From IMG/VR virus record IMGVR_UViG_3300021379_001249, positions 1-54,443 of that record: a stretch of DNA of 54,443 bases; one strand, 5' to 3'. Below the pieces are notes generated by a model, which was not told the DNA's origin, ran no database searches, and saw nothing but the letters and a program-made list of their open reading frames with translations. Shown piece by piece: positions 46,693 to 54,443 of this stretch; the stretch's first letter is position 1; each line of letters begins with the position of its first letter. The position numbers and the translations under genes were made by a program. Origin of the DNA: a virus (taxonomy: Duplodnaviria; Caudoviricetes).

Positions 46693-48497
46693 GATACTAA
46701 GTCCTCAATGCCAAGTGCTTTTCCAACCAAACCTCTCATTCTGACACCAGAGGAGATTTTGAAATTAGGAATTTCATTACCAACCTGAGTGCCTGGTTGC
46801 TGTGCTTTTTCCTGTATTGTGGGTAAAACAATAAAGCTTGTTTTAGTGGGTACGTTAGGTGTATCAATTCCAAGGAATTGTCGAATGGGTTTGAAAATAA
46901 AATCAAGATCAACTCCACTAAAGCGATCATCAACGGATTTTTTCTCTGCCGTAGGCTCAATTGCTGATGTAACAGGTGGAGCAACAGTTTTTTCAACGGG
47001 TTTTACATATGTTGGAATCGGATCTTTTCTTGCCGCCTCTACAATCGCTCTTTCAGGTGGTAATGCTTTATCACTTGGGCCTACCCAGGGATTGATACCA
47101 CGTTCTTTCATTAGTTGCAGTGCTAAAATATCTTGTGCTTTCTCATCAAATTTTGCAGAGAGAGGCACCTTTGCTCTATCAACTAATCCAGGTAAAGTAT
47201 TACCAATAATTTGATACTTTCCTACAGCGTGTAGTTTTCCTTGATCAGCCCATTGTCTCATTGAAAGAGAACCATCATCATATTGTAACTTAAGAATATC
47301 ACCAACTGTCAAAGAGGTTAAAGATTTTTTAGATGGATTAAATGGCGCATTTCTATAATCGCCAGCAAAAGTTGTTGATCCGTCAGGAAATGTATACTTA
47401 TTTCCGCGTCCTTCTTTGTCTCCATACTGATTGATTGCATTATAGTCACCCGATCCTTTTGATTCATACTTAGCAAGAACGTCTAACGCCTTTCTCTGCA
47501 TGTCACTCATAGGAACTATTCCACCACCGGAAAATCCAGGTACTAATCCATACTTTGGAATGTTTGTTCCACCACCTGCTTTATTCATCGCCATCATGGT
47601 GTCTGCGCCAAACATGCTGACAGCACCACGACTCATTACAAACTCACCTGGAGTTAACATAGCGGGAACTGTATCAGTTCCCATCGCAAATCCACCAGTA
47701 GCAAAAGGAATAATCATAGGGACACCTCCGGGGCCAACATCAGGTAAAGGAACACCTTGTCCAGGTAATAATTTAGTTCCAGGAACAGTTTCCAGTCCCT
47801 CTTCCTTCTCTTTCTCAGTGGCAAAATACTGTCCAAGAAATGGGAACCTTACTAATAATTTTCTAAAATCCTCAGCAAATTTTGCAATCTTTGGCCCTTG
47901 TTCTTTGAACCAATCAACAACAGGTATAAGTTTATCTCTTACCTCTCTTAATTTATCGGGGATACCTGAAATAAATTTCTGAGCGTCTTCTAGAAATTTT
48001 TTATTTTTAGGATCACCAAGAAAATCTGTGACAAACTTTACTATTTGTCCTAACAAAGTAAATGCTAAAAATCTTATAACAGTATCAAAAACATTCTGTA
48101 AACCTCCAATAGCTTTCTTAATACCACTTCCTGCATTTGAAAATATTTTTCCTACTTCAATTCTTTTTTCTCTTGTTTCACGCTTTACTTTAGCGTCTTT
48201 TTTTCTGTCGTAATCTTGTTCCTTCTTTTCTAATTCATTGTCTTTCTTAATGACATCAATCAGTTCATCAAGTTTTTCAATTAACTCTTTACTAGTGTCC
48301 TCATCTTTAGGAATGAGTTTATCCGGTTCAATCTTGACTACTACAGGACGCACACTAGGAAGTCCAGGTGCTTTAAATGACTGTCCTATTAAGGGATTTT
48401 TAAAAGTCTTTGTTTTAAAATTCTCAGCATTAATCTTCCCTCCTTTAGAGTCATCATCTTCTTCTCTGATTGACTTTAAAAGATCGTCTAGATTCAT
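46689..48497 (-). CDS. Tape-measure-like protein with lysozyme-like domain
   Basis: GTDTVPAMLTPGEFV motif common in tape-measure-like proteins; ES.G..Y.A.N...AVGKYQII..TL...F....QD lysozyme-like motif. Confidence 0.6.
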   Translation of the reverse strand: MNLDDLLKSIREEDDDSKGGKINAENFKTKTFKNPLIGQSFKAPGLPSVRPVVVKIEPDKLIPKDEDTSKELIEKLDELIDVIKKDNELEKKEQDYDRKKDAKVKRETREKRIEVGKIFSNAGSGIKKAIGGLQNVFDTVIRFLAFTLLGQIVKFVTDFLGDPKNKKFLEDAQKFISGIPDKLREVRDKLIPVVDWFKEQGPKIAKFAEDFRKLLVRFPFLGQYFATEKEKEEGLETVPGTKLLPGQGVPLPDVGPGGVPMIIPFATGGFAMGTDTVPAMLTPGEFVMSRGAVSMFGADTMMAMNKAGGGTNIPKYGLVPGFSGGGIVPMSDMQRKALDVLAKYESKGSGDYNAINQYGDKEGRGNKYTFPDGSTTFAGDYRNAPFNPSKKSLTSLTVGDILKLQYDDGSLSMRQWADQGKLHAVGKYQIIGNTLPGLVDRAKVPLSAKFDEKAQDILALQLMKERGINPWVGPSDKALPPERAIVEAARKDPIPTYVKPVEKTVAPPVTSAIEPTAEKKSVDDRFSGVDLDFIFKPIRQFLGIDTPNVPTKTSFIVLPTIQEKAQQPGTQVGNEIPNFKISSGVRMRGLVGKALGIEDLVS

Positions 48498-48664
48498 TAG
48501 CCCTGCTGCTGTTGCATCTTAAGTTTCTCTTCTTCCAAATGAGATCTTAGGAGTTCAACATAAACATCTCTCTCCCAAGGAATCATATTTTCAATCTCTG
48601 TTAATGAGTATTTATGGAACTGAATCAAAGAAAAATTTAACTTATAGTAACTCTCCAAATTCAT
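48497..48664 (-). CDS. gp51: Baseplate hub assembly catalyst gp51-like (55 aa; missed by ORF track)
   Basis: MNLESYYKLNFSLIQFHKYSLTEIENMIPWERDVYVELL; follows gp26. Confidence 0.85.
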   Translation of the reverse strand: MNLESYYKLNFSLIQFHKYSLTEIENMIPWERDVYVELLRSHLEEEKLKMQQQQG

Positions 48665-48675
48665 ATGGGAGAGTG

Positions 48676-49395
48676 CTACGCGAAAAAACTTGCCAGTCCC
48701 TCCAGAGTAACCTTACTCTTCTTCTTTGTTTTAGGATTAACCACCTGAACTTCATGAGACAGTTTAGGCATCGTGGAAAAGAAAGACTCAATCTCTTTAA
48801 ACTGAGCAGAGTTCATCTGCTCTAAAAATTCAGTGACTTCTTTCTTTGTAAAGTCATCAGTTGTCCACGCTTCGTCAGCAGAATATACCTTATCAATACA
48901 AGATGCGATCAATTCAAATGACTGATCAACTTGATTATCATTTGAGAATTCAAAGTTACTCTTCACAAACTGATCAAGTGATGGATACTTCATTTCCATC
49001 ATCAAGTTGTCATCTAATTTAATTTGATTAGAGTGATTCTTATCTCTAGTTACCTTGATATCATCAATACTAATCTGCACTTCAGCATAAGTCTCTCCGT
49101 CGTCAGGACAAAGAACACTCACCTCAATGTCTTCACCAACAGACTTACCACGAATATTGAGGAACAGATATTCAATGTCAAATGTAGGAAGTGTATCAAC
49201 TTTCACACCGCGAGTCTGAATACAATCCTTAAGGACTGCTTTGATAGCATTGGTGATTTCTTTTGAGTCGTCGCTCTCAAGTGCAAGAACTAATAACTTT
49301 TCTTCTTTAACAAGGAAAGGACGAAACTTGATTGTTTTTCCAGTCGAAGGCAACTCCAACTCATACGTTGGGGTTGAAATTTTTGGTAAAGGCAT
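48676..49395 (-). CDS. gp26: Baseplate hub subunit/assembly chaperone gp26
   Basis: MPLPKI..PTYEL.LPS.G....RPFLVKEEK.L..FDIEYLFL.IR.KSVGE..G..SFF. Confidence 0.92.
   Translation of the reverse strand: MPLPKISTPTYELELPSTGKTIKFRPFLVKEEKLLVLALESDDSKEITNAIKAVLKDCIQTRGVKVDTLPTFDIEYLFLNIRGKSVGEDIEVSVLCPDDGETYAEVQISIDDIKVTRDKNHSNQIKLDDNLMMEMKYPSLDQFVKSNFEFSNDNQVDQSFELIASCIDKVYSADEAWTTDDFTKKEVTEFLEQMNSAQFKEIESFFSTMPKLSHEVQVVNPKTKKKSKVTLEGLASFFA
48682..48688 (-). other. Putative -1 ribosomal frameshift slippery site T TTT TTC
   Basis: X XXY YYZ heptamer in the last codons of gp26; the -1 frame is open into gp51. Confidence 0.6.
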
Positions 49396-49415
49396 GATAT
49401 GTTATTCAGTATGAG

Positions 49416-49421
49416 TATTTA
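49416..49421 (-). promoter_or_regulatory. T4-type late promoter (TAAATA)
   Basis: Overlaps the stop of 49419-50045; upstream of gp26. Confidence 0.65.
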
Positions 49422-50045
49422 TCGCTCTCCGCTGATGATATAGCGTGAGAAATTAAAGTTTACAGTGCAAAGAAGTATTTGTGATGCGTCATAACTGACA
49501 GGCATCTGATTGATTGAAATAGGATATGCATTCACAAATTTATATTGCAAATCTCTTCCTTTATAATCTCTTTCAAATTTTCTTATAAAGATTTCACTCT
49601 TGTATTCATTAGGAAAGTTAACTCTATAATTATAGTTGTCTCTTTCAGCATCTCTTGATCCATCTTCATTTACAATAAATGATATCCAGTTCTCAAAAAA
49701 GTTAATTATATCATATTGTTCATCAACATAGAAACTGAATGAAGAAGTCGTGTCATATTGTCTTCTGTAAGCGTGCCTCTCAGTTACACCAGTGTGATCA
49801 TTATCAAGAGTATGAGTTGCTAAAGAACTTCCAGGAAGTGCTGCTTCTCTGCAAGAAAGAGTTACTTTTTCATCCATAGTATAATTATATCCACCACCAA
49901 TGTCAAATCTTCTTCTACTATTCATCCAAGAACGAACAGCAGAAGGTGGGTTAAAATGACATTCATATGTTGAAGTAAGAGAAGGCCTCAAGATGTTTGC
50001 CTTTAAATCAGCAACATTCCTTGCTCTTGGTTTTGGCGTTGCCAT
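49419..50045 (-). CDS. Tail tube/baseplate-tube initiator (gp54/gp19-like fold)
   Basis: L.C..A.LPG.S.AT..R.Y....FYVD..Y....FE.W...Y.F.NA.P.SI..M...Y....L..TV.F. Confidence 0.7.
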   Translation of the reverse strand: MATPKPRARNVADLKANILRPSLTSTYECHFNPPSAVRSWMNSRRRFDIGGGYNYTMDEKVTLSCREAALPGSSLATHTLDNDHTGVTERHAYRRQYDTTSSFSFYVDEQYDIINFFENWISFIVNEDGSRDAERDNYNYRVNFPNEYKSEIFIRKFERDYKGRDLQYKFVNAYPISINQMPVSYDASQILLCTVNFNFSRYIISGER

Positions 50046-50046
50046 C

Positions 50047-50052
50047 TAAATA
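50047..50052 (+). promoter_or_regulatory. T4-type late promoter (TAAATA)
   Basis: 22 nt upstream of gp4. Confidence 0.6.
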
Positions 50053-50074
50053 GTTTTTACCGTATATATTATGT

Positions 50075-50530
50075 ATGGGAGTTAGTAAGAAAAGTATTTA
50101 CCGTCCCTCCAATCCACAGAAGTACAAGGGTAATGTCAACAATATAATATGCCGTAGTAATTGGGAGAGAAGTTTCTGCGTATGGTGTGATAAGACTGAT
50201 GCTATTCTTGAGTGGGGAAGTGAAGAGTTTTTTATCCCATACATTTCACCAGTTGATAGAAGAGTTCATCGTTACTTTCCAGATTTTATCATCAAAGTAA
50301 GGGAAAGTAGTGGGGAAGTGAAGACTTATGTCATTGAAGTAAAACCTAAAAGAGAAACTGCTCCACCCACCGTTGGTAAAAAGCAACGTAAGACTTTGAT
50401 TAGAGAAAGCACAACCTATGCTGTGAATCAGGCAAAGTGGAAAGCAGCTCGTGAATGGTGTGCAGACAGAAGAATCGAATTCAAGATCATCACCGAAGAC
50501 GAATTAGGTATCAGAACTTATGGAAGATGA
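50075..50530 (+). CDS. gp4: Head completion nuclease gp4
   Basis: P.NP.KY.G....I..RS.WE..F..WCD..W.SEE..IPY.SP.D...HRYFPDF..EVKP..N.AKW.AA..F.I.TE. Confidence 0.92.
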   Translation: MGVSKKSIYRPSNPQKYKGNVNNIICRSNWERSFCVWCDKTDAILEWGSEEFFIPYISPVDRRVHRYFPDFIIKVRESSGEVKTYVIEVKPKRETAPPTVGKKQRKTLIRESTTYAVNQAKWKAAREWCADRRIEFKIITEDELGIRTYGR

Positions 50531-50903
50531 TTTTCAGTTTGAAGAACAAGTTGGTAATAATAGACTAGAGTTTGTCAAAGATTCAATCAGAGATTTGGGT
50601 GATCCTGAAGACATGATGGTTGAAATCATGAGCATATTAAATGAAACGGTTATTATTCCTGACGTAGGAGAAACGTACACCTTCATTTACAATGCAAAAA
50701 CTCCTGGTATTCAATACGATCAACACCCTATGGTTGGTGTGACTGATGTATTTCAATGGGGATTCAGAGGAGTTAATTTTCACTGGGATAAGATTAGAAA
50801 TTATACATGGCAAGAGGTGCCTGGACAATTACATCTTGTAAGACAAAGTGAAATTCAATCTCTTCTTGATATACCTTATGCATATTATCTCACCAACATC
50901 TAA
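50520..50903 (+). CDS. gp2-like DNA end protector-related protein (short)
   Basis: Y.F.Y.AKT....YD.HP.V....GF.G.NFHW motif. Confidence 0.55.
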   Translation: MEDDFQFEEQVGNNRLEFVKDSIRDLGDPEDMMVEIMSILNETVIIPDVGETYTFIYNAKTPGIQYDQHPMVGVTDVFQWGFRGVNFHWDKIRNYTWQEVPGQLHLVRQSEIQSLLDIPYAYYLTNI

Positions 50904-50909
50904 TAAATA
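50904..50909 (+). promoter_or_regulatory. T4-type late promoter (TAAATA)
   Basis: 20 nt upstream of the gp48-like gene. Confidence 0.65.
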
Positions 50910-50929
50910 GAAAAAAAGTTCTGACTATA

Positions 50930-52339
50930 ATGTCTGCACAAAAAGCAACTAGTGGGATTGTATTTAGAAATATAGATGGAGTTGATAGACTTTTTAGAAC
51001 TATCACTACTTATGAAAATAGTAAGATTACTAATACAAAAATACAGGAAGTGATAGGTAATGTAGATGATGAAAAGAGCAAAAGTTTATATAATACTCGA
51101 TTACTTGAGACACCAGATCTTGTGTCAGAAGATGATGATGGATTCTATTATACAACCGTAAGAGATGGAGGAACTGATACAATCTATGCCGATTTTGATT
51201 TAAGAAAATCCTTTGAAGAGCAAAACTCTACAGGCGTGGTTTCTCTTACAAATGATTTGAATGCTGCCTCTATCGATGCATTGACAGATCAATTTTCTGA
51301 AGATCAACAGGGAAGTAAAGATTCATTCTGGAGATCTCAACTTACTGGAAATGATAATATTGCTGTAAGTCCTGAACCCGAAACAACTGAAATAGCAACT
51401 AATTATGCAATTGACGAAATAAAGGTAGAGGGAAGAAGACGAAAAGAATATGAAAATCTTTTCTATCCAGAAGATATTACCACATCTAAACAAGATAGAA
51501 TTAGATTTACAATGTTCTATCAATCTGGATCTCGAATTGGTTTTGATTTAAACAGTTCAAATCCATTCGTCATTGGACAAAAAACAAGAACTAATATTGA
51601 AGGTTCTGTAACACTTCCGATTCAAGGTGGTATAGCAGATAGTAATCAAGTTGCATTCAACGGTTCAACACTTAATCCTGTACAGGGTGCTTTAGCAGCG
51701 GTGTCCTTAAATCCTCAGGCAGCAGTTCAAAATTTAATTAATGTACTAAAAGGTGATGCTGAGGATATACAAGCAGCTATTAGATCAGATGATGCACAAG
51801 CTACCATTGGCGCATTAAGATTATTTTTAGCACAATCAGCAGTGGGTGCTCAGGGACTTGTTCCAAGGACAACTGGTGCTATTCTCAATCCCAACTTAGA
51901 ATTAATACTTCAGGCACCACAACTTAGAAGTTTTAATTTTACTTTCACAATGTCTGCAAGAAGCAGAACTGAAGCAACACAGATTAAAAAGATAATTAGA
52001 TTTTTTAAACAAGGGATGTCAGTAAAGAGATCTGATACATCACTCTTTATCGTATCACCTAATATGTTTAGAATTAATTACTTGACTGGTGAAGGAAGAC
52101 AACATCCATCCTTAGGAAGGATAAAAAATTGTGCCTTAGCAGCAATAAATACAGAATATACCCCTGACGGAACATATATGACTTTTGATGATGCAGATAG
52201 AACAATGACATCATACAAAATCACTATGCAGTTCACAGAACTTGAACCAGTTACAGAGGACGATTACCTTGGATCAGGCCCGGTAAGAGAGGAAAATGAA
52301 TTTAGGCCTGTAGTTCCGCTAAATCAAATAGGTTTCTAA
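50930..52339 (+). CDS. gp48: Baseplate tail tube cap gp48
   Basis: G.I.NPN.EL....P.LR.F.F.F...RS..EA..I..IIRFFK..P..F.I.Y..C.L....YTPDG..F.ELE. Confidence 0.8.
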   Translation: MSAQKATSGIVFRNIDGVDRLFRTITTYENSKITNTKIQEVIGNVDDEKSKSLYNTRLLETPDLVSEDDDGFYYTTVRDGGTDTIYADFDLRKSFEEQNSTGVVSLTNDLNAASIDALTDQFSEDQQGSKDSFWRSQLTGNDNIAVSPEPETTEIATNYAIDEIKVEGRRRKEYENLFYPEDITTSKQDRIRFTMFYQSGSRIGFDLNSSNPFVIGQKTRTNIEGSVTLPIQGGIADSNQVAFNGSTLNPVQGALAAVSLNPQAAVQNLINVLKGDAEDIQAAIRSDDAQATIGALRLFLAQSAVGAQGLVPRTTGAILNPNLELILQAPQLRSFNFTFTMSARSRTEATQIKKIIRFFKQGMSVKRSDTSLFIVSPNMFRINYLTGEGRQHPSLGRIKNCALAAINTEYTPDGTYMTFDDADRTMTSYKITMQFTELEPVTEDDYLGSGPVREENEFRPVVPLNQIGF

Positions 52340-52340
52340 A

Positions 52341-53009
52341 ATGGCAAGTTACTTCAGACAAGTTCCAGACTTTGATTATGTCAACAGAGATTCTGATGGC
52401 AAAAATATTGGCGACTATCAGGTTGTAAAAAATCTTTTCAAGAGAGTTAAGATTCGCCCTGACATATTAGAAAACTTAGCATACTTTACTCAATACAGAA
52501 TCAGTGGAGATGATCGTCCAGATAATGTTGCCTTTGAAATCTATGGCGATGAGTCTTTTGATTGGTTGGTAATGCTTGCTAACAATATAATGAATATTCA
52601 GACAGAATGGCCTTTAAGTCAAGCAGCATTCAACGACTTTTTGATTAAAAAGTATGGTGACATTGAAAAGGCAAACAACATTCACCATTATGAAACTAGA
52701 CAAATGAAAAATGATAGTGGTGAAATTGTTGTACCCAAAGGATTAAATGTTCCTAAAAATTACAAAGTAGAATACTTTGATACGAGAAGAAATCAATATG
52801 TTGTCAGAACAAATGAAGTTGATGCAGTCACGAACTACACCTATGAAGTTCGTAAGGAAGAAGCAAAGAGAAATATTTACTTACTGAAAGCAGAATATGT
52901 TGAACTTGTTCTTGATGATGTAGAAAGATTGATGCCATATAAAAAAGGTTCCACTCAGTATGTGAGCAGAACCTTGAAGAAAGGGGAAGATATTAGATTG
53001 TTTAATTAA
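52341..53009 (+). CDS. gp53: Baseplate wedge subunit gp53
   Basis: YF..P..Y...KN.F.R....Y.I....RPD.VA...YG....W...L.NNI....WP..HHYET..YE...EE.KR.I..LK. Confidence 0.9.
   Translation: MASYFRQVPDFDYVNRDSDGKNIGDYQVVKNLFKRVKIRPDILENLAYFTQYRISGDDRPDNVAFEIYGDESFDWLVMLANNIMNIQTEWPLSQAAFNDFLIKKYGDIEKANNIHHYETRQMKNDSGEIVVPKGLNVPKNYKVEYFDTRRNQYVVRTNEVDAVTNYTYEVRKEEAKRNIYLLKAEYVELVLDDVERLMPYKKGSTQYVSRTLKKGEDIRLFN
52941..52975 (-). terminator. Intrinsic terminator for gp32 (inside the gp53 coding 3' end)
   Basis: Minus strand AAGGTTCTGCTCA-CATAC-TGAGTGGAACCTT then T run, 30 nt after the gp32 stop. Confidence 0.65.
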
Positions 53010-53950
53010 CTCTCTGCCAGTTTCTGGAAGTAAGAAAGTGCATCGTCTTCATCTTCATCCTTGGATGCAACTGGTGTAGATGCAGTGATGTCAGGAGAGT
53101 TGAAGTCAGGTTTAGAGCGTGACAGAGACTCTTGAATCTGACGCTCTGCAGTTTCTTTTGCTGCATAGTCATCATACTCAGTCTCTTCATCAGCAGGAGA
53201 GGGAGTGCGAGACTTCTGTCCCAGGACATACTTGAGACGACGCTCAAGATCTTCATAGGACTTGAACTGATCTTCAGCAGTCAGTCCAGCAAGAGAATAC
53301 TGCTTCTTCCAGATTGCTTCCATAGCATCATCATCACTCAGCAGAGGAGCGGGTGCTTCAAACTCAGACTTATCATAGTTCCAGTAACCGTCCTTCTTGA
53401 CGATCTTCAGTTTGAAGTTTGCACCTTGCCAGAAGTCAAAAGGATTGATAGGAGTTTCGTCTTCAAACTCAGGTTGCATTGCTTCCATGATCTTGTCAAA
53501 GATCTTCTTACCGAACTTGTAAAGGAAGACGCCACCTTCGTTGTGAGGATTAGTAGGATCTTTCACAACATAGACGTTTGCATAGTAAGACAGTTTGCGC
53601 TTCTGCTTACGGACAACATCTTTGTTAGATTCAATACCGCTGTTCCACAGTTCGCGGTTGTGCTCTGACACAGGATCTTTCTGTCCCAGTGTTGTCAGAG
53701 AGTTCTCGATGTACCAACCACCAGGGCCTTGGAAGGCGTGGGAATACATCTTTGCCCAGGGGAGATCTTCTCCTTCAGGGGCAGGGAGGAAACGGAGTAC
53801 AGCGAAACCGTTACCAACTTTATCGACTTCGGGTTTCCAAAGACGATCGTCGCCTCCGCTAGCGGTGTTGTTCATCTTCTCAACTTCCTTGACAAGTTTG
53901 GAAGTCAGAGAACCGATAGAGGATTGCTTTTTGAGATCAGAAAAGGACAT
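53006..53950 (-). CDS. gp32: Single-stranded DNA-binding protein gp32
   Basis: DDR.WK...DK.GNG.AV.RFLP..H.FQ..G.WYIEN..GKKIFDK..FD...GANFKLK..NYDKS.F; acidic tail. Confidence 0.96.
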   Translation of the reverse strand: MSFSDLKKQSSIGSLTSKLVKEVEKMNNTASGGDDRLWKPEVDKVGNGFAVLRFLPAPEGEDLPWAKMYSHAFQGPGGWYIENSLTTLGQKDPVSEHNRELWNSGIESNKDVVRKQKRKLSYYANVYVVKDPTNPHNEGGVFLYKFGKKIFDKIMEAMQPEFEDETPINPFDFWQGANFKLKIVKKDGYWNYDKSEFEAPAPLLSDDDAMEAIWKKQYSLAGLTAEDQFKSYEDLERRLKYVLGQKSRTPSPADEETEYDDYAAKETAERQIQESLSRSKPDFNSPDITASTPVASKDEDEDDALSYFQKLAES

Positions 53951-53991
53951 TGTTTTTGTATTAGTGAGATTTGGCTTTTGGGTACTTCGTT

Positions 53992-54020
53992 ATTCTACAC
54001 GTCGGAACCCTGGGTGTCAA
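53992..54020 (-). promoter_or_regulatory. Sigma70-type promoter for gp32
   Basis: TTGACA-N17-TAGAAT. Confidence 0.8.
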
Positions 54021-54339
54021 TCTGCTGCTTCATTGCATCAAGCATCTTTCCCATATTAGAGAAGATGACACTGATGTCAACGTCTTTCGGCAGTCCCATC
54101 ATTGTAGCAGATTCTACGATGCGGGATTTCATCATCTTGGCTTCGGGATCATCAGACAAACTCAGTCTCGTATAGAGAACCTTTTGTTTGTCCAGCAGTT
54201 TCTCTAGAAGCGCAACATGGAATTTCTTCTCCTCCTTATTCATGGAGGGAAACTTAAAAACATTACTATAAACTTCTTCCTGAAGTTCTTGGATTTCCGT
54301 CATTTCTGCACGGACAACTTCGGAATCAAAAAAACTCAT
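53995..54339 (-). CDS. Conserved cyanophage/cyanobacterial hypothetical protein (DUF1825-like)
   Basis: FFDSEVVR.E...Q....L..KQ...Y.RL.LSDDPEA motif. Confidence 0.7.
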   Translation of the reverse strand: MSFFDSEVVRAEMTEIQELQEEVYSNVFKFPSMNKEEKKFHVALLEKLLDKQKVLYTRLSLSDDPEAKMMKSRIVESATMMGLPKDVDISVIFSNMGKMLDAMKQQIDTQGSDV

Positions 54340-54443
54340 GCTTCTCCTAAAACTACTTCCTTTAGTATTTTTTTGTAACGAAATACATCAATATTTAGGA
54401 AAGGTGTATACTTTCTTATTTTAAAACTTACGAATGTCCACAC
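54336..54443 (-). CDS. gp59: Helicase loader gp59, C-terminal fragment
   Basis: VWTFVSFKIRKYTPFLNIDVFRYKKILKEVV*; W....K..KY.PFL motif and synteny with gp32. Confidence 0.7.
   Translation of the reverse strand: MWTFVSFKIRKYTPFLNIDVFRYKKILKEVVLGEA

Noticed and set aside
48604-48825. 73-aa plus-strand ORF between gp26 and the tape-measure-like gene
   Set aside because: Antisense to gp26/gp51; the real gene is the minus-strand gp51.
50075-50530. Transposase/TnsA or homing endonuclease
   Set aside because: The PD-(D/E)xK-type motif and synteny match core head-completion gp4; there are no terminal repeats or intron context.
53132-54207. Long plus-strand ORFs opposite gp32
   Set aside because: Antisense to highly conserved genes with strong codon bias; the translations look like shadow frames.

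Overview
This window is a 54-kb segment of a T4-like marine cyanomyovirus. The assignment rests on recognisable gp59/gp32/gp53/gp48/gp4/gp26/gp51 homologues, a phage CP12, tRNA-Thr/tRNA-Leu and many TAAATA late promoters. Positions 481-35633 hold 17 co-oriented minus-strand fibre/adhesin genes built from reused modules. These appear to be organised as 'carrier + dedicated tip' gene pairs, six 7-bladed beta-propeller paralogues carried on two alternative N-terminal anchors, and recurring N-terminal motifs that may be docking peptides. Together they suggest a branched, modular receptor-binding apparatus. Positions 35684-36582 are a small sigma70-driven island with tRNAs. Positions 36566-54443 are the baseplate/hub/replication block. 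In that block gp26 and gp51 are joined by a perfect -1 slippery heptamer, in the position of the lambda G/GT tail-chaperone frameshift. All product calls come from motif recognition by eye; no database search was run.
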